This document shows, piece by piece, positions 55,155 through 62,809 of a stretch of DNA of 64,000 nucleotides. Made by a program: the position numbers and the translations under genes. Source of the stretch: Anaerolineales bacterium (GTDB lineage Bacteria > Chloroflexota > Anaerolineae > Anaerolineales > UBA11858); the NCBI GenBank assembly GCA_028278545.1, contig JANQED010000132.1, positions 218,874 through 282,873 of the forward strand, in the 5' to 3' direction. Below the pieces are notes generated by a model. It was not told the DNA's origin. It worked only from the letters and a program-made list of their open reading frames with translations, and made no database searches. How positions within the stretch are numbered: the first letter of the stretch is position 1; every line of letters starts with the position of its first letter.

Positions 55155-55448
55155 TCAGATTGAAACGATGGAATCTTCAGTACCGTACTCATTGGGCATG
55201 TATTCATCAGCGTCCCAGGCATTCTCCCATTGAGACTCGTCCACCCAGAAGCGGAAGCGATAGTCCACCCCAGCTTTGAGACTGAGGGTTCGAGAGAAGC
55301 GACCGTCCTTGCGCCGCGTCAAGGGGTGAGATTTCTTGTCCCAATCGTTGAACTCGCCCACCACTGCCACGCTCGAAGCGCCGACTTCAGGGGGGAGCAC
55401 GAAAGTCACCCGGCAGATTTCCCTGGTTTTGGTGTATGTCTTCTTCAT
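55155..55448 (-). CDS. stand-alone CBM48/AMPK-beta-like glycogen-binding (early set) domain protein
   Basis: 97 aa. VAVVGEFNDWD...L..DG.F...L..G.Y.YRF.VD is the classic CBM48/E_set signature. Confidence 0.75.
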   Translation of the reverse strand: MKKTYTKTREICRVTFVLPPEVGASSVAVVGEFNDWDKKSHPLTRRKDGRFSRTLSLKAGVDYRFRFWVDESQWENAWDADEYMPNEYGTEDSIVSI

Positions 55449-55553
55449 GGTTTCGCTCCTTTACTCTCCTGGCATCAGCTTCGACCTATCAAAGCTCTGC
55501 CCATAATAGCGCGGAAGGATACCACAAAAGCATATCCCCGACAACCGAGGGAA

Positions 55554-56864
55554 TCAGCGCCTGCGCAGCCGCTGGCTATCTTGTTGTGTCATGAATAATT
55601 CAGGGCGCAATTGAAAACCGGCTAACTCCACACGTTCGGAAAATGTCGGTCTCATGCCCGTTGCTCGAAGTTCGCCTAATATCTTTCCATTCGGTCCAAC
55701 ACCGGTCTGCTCGAAGCGGAATATATCGACCAGGGTCACCAACTCCCCTTCCATGCGAGGAACTTCGGTGATATTGATTATTTTGCGAGACCCATCGGTC
55801 AATCGATCCATATGTACGATTAAATCGATTGCGTTGGCAATTTGAGTTCTGACAGAGAGAATGGGGATATCTACCCCACCCATCAAGGCGATGGTCTCGA
55901 GCCTGGCAATCGCGTCCCGGGGAGAATTGGCATGGAGGGTGGTCATAGAGCCATCATGACCGGTATTCATCGCTTGAAGCATATCTAAAGCCTCACCCGT
56001 TCGCACTTCACCGACGATGATACGATCCGGGCGCATACGCAGTGCATTACGCACTAAATCCCTAGTGTTGATCTCCCCTACGCCATCAACGCCTGGGGGT
56101 TTCGTCTCGAGACTCACACTGTATTTCTGCTGAATCTGCAATTCAGCCGCATCTTCGATAGCGATAATCCGCTGATCTCCCGGAATAAACCCCGAAAGGA
56201 TGTTGAGTAAGGTCGTTTTTCCCGAACTTGTATTCCCACTGACGATGATATTCATGCGCCCGGCGACGCAAGCTTTGAGAAATTCGGCCATATTAGGGTT
56301 CAGTGAACCATGTCGTATCATTTTTTCTACCGTCAAATGACTTTTGAGGAATTTTCTCACCGTGATACAGGGTCCTTCGACGGAAACGGGCGGAATCACC
56401 ACGTTGACGCGCGAGCCATCGGGCAAGCGGGCATCCGCGGTAGGTGCATCGATACTTACCTGGCGCCCTACCGGATGCAACATCCGATTGATCACTCGAA
56501 TAACATGGGCCTCATCTTCGAACCTGACCGACGTATCCACTAACCGGCCATCACGCTCAATATAAACCTGATCTGGGCCAACTACCATGACCTCGTTGAT
56601 GTTCGGGTCTTCCAGCAAGGGTTGGATCGGCCCATAGCCGACCAGGTCCGCCAGCACTTCGTTGACGATACGCTCTCGACCCGCCTGGTCAAGACCATGA
56701 TCCGTTCCCTGCAAGGCCCTCTCCACCCAATCGGCGATGCGCTGACGATATTCCTTGGAGGATGGAGGATAGGCTTCAATTTGCTGGGTAACCACATCGA
56801 CCAGATACTCCTTCAATGATAATTTGTCATCGAAATCGAACGGTTTCGCTTGAGATAAAGTCAT
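55554..56864 (-). CDS. cpaF: CpaF/TadA-family type II/IV secretion ATPase
   Basis: 436 aa. Walker A (GNTSSGKTTLLN), Asp box, Walker B (RPDRIIVGEVR), His box (GHDGSMTTLHAN). Confidence 0.9.
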   Translation of the reverse strand: MTLSQAKPFDFDDKLSLKEYLVDVVTQQIEAYPPSSKEYRQRIADWVERALQGTDHGLDQAGRERIVNEVLADLVGYGPIQPLLEDPNINEVMVVGPDQVYIERDGRLVDTSVRFEDEAHVIRVINRMLHPVGRQVSIDAPTADARLPDGSRVNVVIPPVSVEGPCITVRKFLKSHLTVEKMIRHGSLNPNMAEFLKACVAGRMNIIVSGNTSSGKTTLLNILSGFIPGDQRIIAIEDAAELQIQQKYSVSLETKPPGVDGVGEINTRDLVRNALRMRPDRIIVGEVRTGEALDMLQAMNTGHDGSMTTLHANSPRDAIARLETIALMGGVDIPILSVRTQIANAIDLIVHMDRLTDGSRKIINITEVPRMEGELVTLVDIFRFEQTGVGPNGKILGELRATGMRPTFSERVELAGFQLRPELFMTQQDSQRLRRR

Positions 56865-57001
56865 CGTCGCACCTCACAAAAGCATTGATTACATAACCAT
56901 TTCAGGGGTTACGCAGTCGAAAAGCCCTTTGGGACAAAGCCCCCACATTCTGGAGAGAAAGGGCCACTGTGTAACTCCTAAGCATAATCAACACGCCTCA
57001 A

Positions 57002-58198
57002 CTATACCGAAATCGTCAAACTTTCCAGATCGCGCGGGTAATAAGTCATCATCTCGATGCCGTCCTCAGTGATGGCAACCGTATCTGAATGGCGGAAGCC
57101 GCCTAACTCAGGCACATACAGCCCCGGCTCAACGGTGAACACCATTCCCGGCTTCATCTCCGTAGGATCACCGATATCCAGGAAGGGGCCTTCATGATAA
57201 CGAATCCCGATGGCATGGCCGACATGATGCTTCCAATATCCCATCAGATCATGTTCTTCGTAGTAGGCGCGAACGGCTTTATCGACCTCCGAGCAAGGGA
57301 TTCCCGGCCCCATGGCTTCGAAGGCAATATCCTGCAAAGCTACCATATGATCGAACATGCGCTTCTGCTCATCACTTGCTGGGCCCATCAACATGGTGCG
57401 CTCCAACTCAGAGTTGTAGCCCCACATCGGGGCATTGGCACCGGTGACCAACACATCCCCAACCTGGAAGGTGATGTTGTTGGCCAAGGCATGGGGGATC
57501 GCAGCGTTGCGGCCGATCTGACCGCGGTAATCGGCATGGGCACCCGCGAAGAAATAGCTTTGGGCGCGGTAGATCGGCCCAATCGTATCGAGCATAGCCA
57601 GGGTGGCCTCGTTGCTGGCCCTCAGCGTGACCTCGGTTTCAGTAAGCCCCACGCGAGTGTAGCGCTGCAACAAGGCATGCGCCAGATGTCCCCATTTGAC
57701 GCTCTCACGGATCAAATTCAATTCGGCCTCGCTTTTGATCATCATCTGATCTTCGATGAATCCAGCTAATGGTTTGGGGGTTACCCCCAACAACTCCGTC
57801 AGCGAACGCCCGCGATAACCAAAGACCAACGGGTAGCCATTATGGTCGGCGCCAAAATCCCCCTGGACGCCCATCTGCTCCAGCACATCCTTGAAAATAT
57901 CCATTGGGCCAGGATTGTATGGATACTCCGGGTAGTAGTCCACCCTATCGATCAGGGCGTTGGCTGAGGCATGTTCGACTTCCAGGCGGGGTACGAACAA
58001 CGCCCGCACCCCCTCGGTGTTGACGACGAACGCTATCGGCCGTTCGGTGGGGATAAAGGCAAAACCCGTGTAGTAGAGGATGTAATCGCGGTCGAAGAGC
58101 ACCGCCGCGGAGAGGTGCTCAGCTTGCAGATACGCCAATAAACGATCAGTGCGCGATTGATATTCTTCAGCGGTGATATGCAAGGAAGCTTTTTTCAT
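57002..58198 (-). CDS. M24-family Xaa-Pro aminopeptidase/dipeptidase
   Basis: Start placed at ATG 58198 (AAGGAG RBS). Creatinase-like N domain plus the pita-bread metal ligands (HHVGHAIG, FTVEPGLY, RHSD). Confidence 0.85.
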   Translation of the reverse strand: MKKASLHITAEEYQSRTDRLLAYLQAEHLSAAVLFDRDYILYYTGFAFIPTERPIAFVVNTEGVRALFVPRLEVEHASANALIDRVDYYPEYPYNPGPMDIFKDVLEQMGVQGDFGADHNGYPLVFGYRGRSLTELLGVTPKPLAGFIEDQMMIKSEAELNLIRESVKWGHLAHALLQRYTRVGLTETEVTLRASNEATLAMLDTIGPIYRAQSYFFAGAHADYRGQIGRNAAIPHALANNITFQVGDVLVTGANAPMWGYNSELERTMLMGPASDEQKRMFDHMVALQDIAFEAMGPGIPCSEVDKAVRAYYEEHDLMGYWKHHVGHAIGIRYHEGPFLDIGDPTEMKPGMVFTVEPGLYVPELGGFRHSDTVAITEDGIEMMTYYPRDLESLTISV

Positions 58199-58518
58199 TC
58201 TGGCTCCTTTCAGAGCACACAATTGTGTTGGACAGCTTAGGATAGAACTTTCCTCGTTAAGTGTACTCCGTTTTTGGGTTTGGGCGAGCCACAACTTGAG
58301 AAACGGGCGGGGCGATTGCCAGGGAGGCTTTCCCAACACCTCCCCACAGACTAAATCCGGTGATGATCAACCACGTCCTTTTTGAAGAACTGAGGATGTT
58401 GATAACAATGCCTCGGGGGAATGAGGCCCCAATCGCCTTTATAGCAAGAAATATGCCTAATTGCGGGGAAAAACTGCTAAATATAGTACGAACGAAACGA
58501 ATGGGAATAAATCCGAAT

Positions 58519-59544
58519 TCACAAATCCCAGAGTTGGCTCGCCTCCCGGAGCATGGCCTGCCAGGCGGACGTTTCGGGCTGGTGAGGCGCACCCAAGGGG
58601 TCTTCCCACTCCTGGCGAAGCAAAGCCGCTACCACACTTTGAGCACAGGCCCCGGCTGCTTCCAAATCGTAGCCGCCCTCCAAATAGAGCGCAATCCGTC
58701 CCTGGCAGTTTTGATCCGCCCAACCGCACAGGCGTGAGATCAAGGCTCCATATCCCTCTGCCGTAAGCAGCAGATTCCCCAAGGGATCGCGCCAATGGGG
58801 GTCAAAACCATAACTGACCAGGATCATCTCGGGGCCAAAGCGATCCAGCAGAGGGAGGATGGCCTCGTCCATGATGGTCAGGAAGGCCTGATCCCCGGAA
58901 AAAGGCGGCAGCGAGAAGTTAGCCGTGGTGCCCTCGCCATCGCCGACGCCGATCTCGTCCACCCCCCCCGTGCCAGGGTAGTGAGGGTATTGGTGGGTGG
59001 AGAAATAGAACACGTCCCCCCGGCTCCAAAAGATATCCTGGGTGCCGTTGCCATGATGTTGATCTAAGTCGATAATCGCCAATCGCTTCGCGCCTCTTTC
59101 TTGGAGCAGGAATTCAGCAGCCAGGGCGACATTATTGAGCAAGCAAAAACCCATCGCCTGGTTTGGGGTAGCGTGATGTCCCGGCGGGCGGGTGAGGGCA
59201 AAGCCGCACCGCGCTTTCCGTTCCCAGACTGATCTGCTAACCGCAACAGCGCCCCCGGCAGCCTTGAGCGCCAGTTCCCAGGAGGAAGTTGTGGTATAGG
59301 TGTCCATATCGAAACGCTGTCCGCGAGAACAGACTTCTTCCAATTGACGCAAAAAGCGCGGCGTGTGAACCCCTTCCAACACCTCTTGAGAGACCCGTTC
59401 CGGCTTCAGGTGCGGAAACGAATCCCACCAGCCAGCCTCTGCCAACGCCGCCACCATCGCCTCGACACGATCAGGCCGTTCGGGGTGCCCTACCTCCCTG
59501 TGAGCTTCGTGTCCTTTGGGATAAAAATAGACCAATTCGTGCAT
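58519..59544 (-). CDS. histone deacetylase-family protein (AcuC/acetylpolyamine amidohydrolase-like)
   Basis: RPPGHHA, DLDQHHGNGTQ and GGY motifs. Confidence 0.9.
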   Translation of the reverse strand: MHELVYFYPKGHEAHREVGHPERPDRVEAMVAALAEAGWWDSFPHLKPERVSQEVLEGVHTPRFLRQLEEVCSRGQRFDMDTYTTTSSWELALKAAGGAVAVSRSVWERKARCGFALTRPPGHHATPNQAMGFCLLNNVALAAEFLLQERGAKRLAIIDLDQHHGNGTQDIFWSRGDVFYFSTHQYPHYPGTGGVDEIGVGDGEGTTANFSLPPFSGDQAFLTIMDEAILPLLDRFGPEMILVSYGFDPHWRDPLGNLLLTAEGYGALISRLCGWADQNCQGRIALYLEGGYDLEAAGACAQSVVAALLRQEWEDPLGAPHQPETSAWQAMLREASQLWDL

Positions 59545-59884
59545 AGAGACCTTCCAAATCCTAATACTCGACTCAAAAATATATCTGGGACATGGAAAGG
59601 GGATTTCAAAACAAGTCCACCATATTCGCGTCCGATCAAAGCCAATTTGTCAACAACCTGGTTGACGAAGTTTTGAACTTGCTTCATGGCAAGCCCTTTC
59701 GCAACCGATACTCAACGCTCATTGTACCAGTCTCTTGATCGTTCACAAATCGCTGCTGGTAAAATAGCCCCTGATAAACAACGGAAAATCATTGAGATGC
59801 AGATGTACCCCCTCAGCTTTCCATGATTATCTATCAGCATCCGATTTCTCCAAACTAAGGCCCAATTGATGATAGGAGCAAGAA

Positions 59885-60604
59885 ATGACCGAAGCGCTTT
59901 ACCATGAAGATAGTTATGTGAAAGAGTTCGACGCCCAAGTCACCGCCATTGATGAGCAGAACCACGGTCTGGTGCTCGACCGCTCGGCCTTCTTCCCTGG
60001 CGGGGGCGGTCAGCCGCCCGACGCCGGTAGCCTCTCTGCGGCAGGGAAAACCTTCAACGTCAAACGCGTTCGACGTATTCAGGGAAAACTCGTCCATCTG
60101 CTCGAAGGTGATGAGCCTCTCCCTCAGGTGGGCACCCGCGTTCAATGCCAGATCGATTGGGAGACCCGCTACCAGATCATGCGCACCCATACAGCCATGC
60201 ACATCCTGTGCGGGGTGATCTTTCGCGATTACGGCGCCTCGGTCACCGGCGGGAACATGGAACCCCTCAAAGGCCGCATGGATTTCGAATTCGAAACCAT
60301 GCGCAGAGAGCTGGTCGACGAGATCAATCTAGCCATCAATGCCGAGGTCGCCAACGCCCGCCCGGTGAGTTGGCGCGAACTGCCCCGCGAGGAGGCCTTC
60401 CAAATCCCCGACCTGATCCGCACCAAGATCAACCTGCTGCCTGAAGGCATCAAAAAAGTGCGCGTGGTCGAAATCGAGGGCCTCGATCTGCAGGCTGACG
60501 GCGGCACCCACGTCAAGAACACCTCCGAAGTCGGCCAGATCCGCGTCGTCGATTACAAGAGCAAGGGCAAGATCAATAAACGCATCTATGTTGAGCTAGA
60601 TTAA
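59885..60604 (+). CDS. alaX: alanyl-tRNA editing protein AlaX (AlaX-M type)
   Basis: 239 aa. HTAMHILCG (HxxxH) and ADGGTHV (zinc/editing motifs), equivalent to the AlaRS second additional domain. Confidence 0.85.
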   Translation: MTEALYHEDSYVKEFDAQVTAIDEQNHGLVLDRSAFFPGGGGQPPDAGSLSAAGKTFNVKRVRRIQGKLVHLLEGDEPLPQVGTRVQCQIDWETRYQIMRTHTAMHILCGVIFRDYGASVTGGNMEPLKGRMDFEFETMRRELVDEINLAINAEVANARPVSWRELPREEAFQIPDLIRTKINLLPEGIKKVRVVEIEGLDLQADGGTHVKNTSEVGQIRVVDYKSKGKINKRIYVELD

Positions 60605-60663
60605 GAATTATCACTCGAATCAACCTGGGAGTATTTCAATCCATGTGCTAAGAGCCATAAAGA

Positions 60664-60712
60664 AACAGGAGTGCGATCGATGATCACGCACTCCTGTTTT
60701 CAATCATTTTTA
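60664..60712 (+). terminator. rho-independent terminator after alaX (possibly bidirectional)
   Basis: 12-bp stem AACAGGAGTGCG/CGCACTCCTGTT followed by TTCAATCATTTTT. On the other strand the stem is followed by TCTTTAT, facing the endonuclease gene. Confidence 0.7.
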
Positions 60713-60762
60713 TTCTATGTTTGAGCAACAAAGATTGTCACCTAAGCCACACCCTAAAAAAC

Positions 60763-61467
60763 TTATCCAAGACTTTCCGGCATTGGCCCTGTATCGCTGT
60801 CTGCGCCAATATGACCAAGCTGTACACCTGAAAGTATTCCATGTACAATGCGCCATCGATTATCTCTGGCAATATTTGTATTCGCAGTTATTTGTCTTCG
60901 ATCCTGGAAATCACATGCTCGCAAATCGATGATTTCCGTTTCACTATCCGGCGATATACCGACAACCAGGATGGGTAAAGTAATGGAGAGCTCTGCTGAA
61001 GGCAATTCCCGGATAACTCTCTCATAATTAGCTACATTTTGGTCCATCCGTCTCCCAAACTCTCCATGGGGGACAATCGACAATCCGATATCAGCAAGCC
61101 CTTGAGAATACGCTGTCTGAAATTTGAAAATATCACTGTACCAGCGTGCCATATTTCCAAACTGAACTTCGGCTTGAATGGTTAAATCACTGAAGGTTTT
61201 TCTAAAGTCCGCTGTTAATCTTGAATCTTCTATCTTTGTCGCCAGAGGATGATATTCCCACCCAAAGTCAATGACCAACCTACGATCAAAGAAAGTATTC
61301 GTAACTTGTTGAACTACATCTAGACCTGCTTCGTGACGGGATTTTCCTGGATAAAGAAAAACAGGAAGTGACTGGAGAATAGACTCTAGCTCTTCCAAAG
61401 CGACGTTGTATTTCTCGTGTTGGAGGATTTCCTTAGCAAAGCGATAACTATAATATTCAAAATGCAT
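60763..61467 (-). CDS. Type II restriction endonuclease, BglII/BamHI-like
   Basis: 234 aa. The block TIQAEVQFGNMARWYSDIFKF resembles the catalytic region of BglII (LVEVQFSNYPFLLNNTV) and BamHI (GMEFETGNISSAHRS). The gene is translationally coupled to the C gene (TAATG) and adjacent to a methyltransferase. Confidence 0.65.
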   Translation of the reverse strand: MHFEYYSYRFAKEILQHEKYNVALEELESILQSLPVFLYPGKSRHEAGLDVVQQVTNTFFDRRLVIDFGWEYHPLATKIEDSRLTADFRKTFSDLTIQAEVQFGNMARWYSDIFKFQTAYSQGLADIGLSIVPHGEFGRRMDQNVANYERVIRELPSAELSITLPILVVGISPDSETEIIDLRACDFQDRRQITANTNIARDNRWRIVHGILSGVQLGHIGADSDTGPMPESLG

Positions 61468-61694
61468 TACTCTTCAACTCCAAGAAGCCATAATATAGAG
61501 ATATTCAAGGCTTCTGACAATTTTATTAGTTCGATATCGGTTACTTGCCTAATACCTGATTCAATTTTAGCTACTCCAACCCGACTTATTGGCCAACCAT
61601 GAACTTGTAAACGAGCAGCCAGCTCATACTGTGTAAGAGGTGGATTTACGTTCCTCCGCGCAGCTTGGACTCTTTTGCCCACTATGTTCTTCAT
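61467..61694 (-). CDS. restriction-modification controller (C) protein, XRE-type HTH
   Basis: MKNIVGKRVQAARRNVNPPLTQYELAARLQVHGWPISRVGVAKIESGIRQV is an XRE helix-turn-helix. The ORF track starts it at 61703, but that ATG lies inside the predicted -10 box, so the ATG at 61694 is preferred. Its stop overlaps the endonuclease ATG. Confidence 0.75.
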   Translation of the reverse strand: MKNIVGKRVQAARRNVNPPLTQYELAARLQVHGWPISRVGVAKIESGIRQVTDIELIKLSEALNISILWLLGVEE

Positions 61695-61727
61695 ACGGAA
61701 CATTCTAACGGAAAAAGCAAAAAAGGG

Positions 61728-61745
61728 TGTTCCGCTTGTGGAACA
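61728..61745. promoter_or_regulatory. candidate C-box operator
   Basis: Perfect palindrome TGTTCC-GCTTGT-GGAACA in the 76-bp C/M intergenic region (61695..61770, counted from the preferred C start). A third half-site, GGAACA, lies at 61697..61702. The palindrome overlaps the -35 positions of both predicted divergent promoters. Confidence 0.5.
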
Positions 61746-61770
61746 TATGTTTTAATGGTAAACTAAAACC

Positions 61771-62784
61771 ATGGAGGAAAAAGCCGACCTCAAAAAAAGG
61801 CTTCGCGGCCGAGACGAGCTACTAATCCACAATATCTTTTCCACAGAGGCGATGATTACCATGTATTTGGGAGATCGCCTAGATCTCCTTCGTCAAATAT
61901 CTCAAAGTGGTGAAAAAGCAGAACTAATCGTAACATCGCCTCCTTACAATGTTGGCAAAGAATACGAAGATAAACTGTCGCTTGAGGATTACATTGAGGG
62001 GCAACGCAAAACAATTGAAGCTTGTGTAGATATCCTCTCGGATACAGGAAGTATTTGCTGGCAAGTCGGTCACTTCATCAAAGGAAGTAGCCGGGAAAAA
62101 GAAGCTTTTCCACTAGATTTAGTTCTCTACCCAATCTTCAAATCGTTCGGACTGATACTAAAAAATCGCATCGTTTGGCACTTTGGTCATGGACTGCACG
62201 AGAAATCGAGGTTTTCGGGCAGACATGAAACAATTCTATGGTTTGTAAAAAGTGAAAATTTCACCTTCAACCTAGATCCGATTCGAATACCACAAAAATA
62301 CCCCGGTAAGAGAAGCTATCGAGGTAACAACGTAGGTAAATTATCTGGCAATCCGAAAGGGAAAAATCCATCTGATGTATGGAATATACCTAACGTAAAA
62401 TCCAATCACATTGAGAAGACTGAGCACCCTTGTCAATTCCCAGTTGGGCTTATTGAACGACTGGTACTCGCATTAACTAATGAAGAAAATTTGGTAGTGG
62501 ATCCATATCTTGGTGTTGGTACAACTTCTGTAGCAAGTTTGTTGCATAATCGGAGATCGGCCGGATCAGATATTGTTGATTTCTATTTAAACATTGCTCG
62601 AGAAAGAGTAAAACTGGCCTGGGAAGGAGCACTAAAAACCAGGCCAATGAATAAACCCGTTTATGAACCTACTGGAAACACAAGAGTATCACGTCTACCT
62701 GAAGAGTGGGAAACCGAACAACCACGACTAATTAGCGAAGCTAATTCGTCTGAAGAAGAAAAATCTTCCGATCTAGACACTTAG
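61771..62784 (+). CDS. DNA methyltransferase, beta-class N4-cytosine/N6-adenine (SPPY)
   Basis: Motif IV (IVTSPPYN) precedes motif I (VVDPYLGVGTT), which is the beta-class order seen in M.PvuII, M.BamHI and M.BglII. 337 aa. Confidence 0.9.
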   Translation: MEEKADLKKRLRGRDELLIHNIFSTEAMITMYLGDRLDLLRQISQSGEKAELIVTSPPYNVGKEYEDKLSLEDYIEGQRKTIEACVDILSDTGSICWQVGHFIKGSSREKEAFPLDLVLYPIFKSFGLILKNRIVWHFGHGLHEKSRFSGRHETILWFVKSENFTFNLDPIRIPQKYPGKRSYRGNNVGKLSGNPKGKNPSDVWNIPNVKSNHIEKTEHPCQFPVGLIERLVLALTNEENLVVDPYLGVGTTSVASLLHNRRSAGSDIVDFYLNIARERVKLAWEGALKTRPMNKPVYEPTGNTRVSRLPEEWETEQPRLISEANSSEEEKSSDLDT

Positions 62785-62809
62785 AAAAATAATTAGCCCA
62801 CTCCCATTT

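Noticed and set aside
58257-58795. Cluster of overlapping 100-125-aa ORFs in and around the peptidase/deacetylase spacer
   Set aside because: They are mutually overlapping on both strands, low-complexity (Pro/Arg/Gly-rich) and lack an RBS. Some overlap the well-supported deacetylase gene.
59490-59687. 65-aa - strand ORF overlapping the deacetylase start
   Set aside because: It overlaps the 5' end of the deacetylase gene in another frame. No RBS or family features are evident.
60717-60932. 71-aa + strand ORF opposite the endonuclease gene
   Set aside because: It is antisense to the endonuclease 3' end within AT-rich DNA, where random ORFs are unexpected but short. No start context or homology features.
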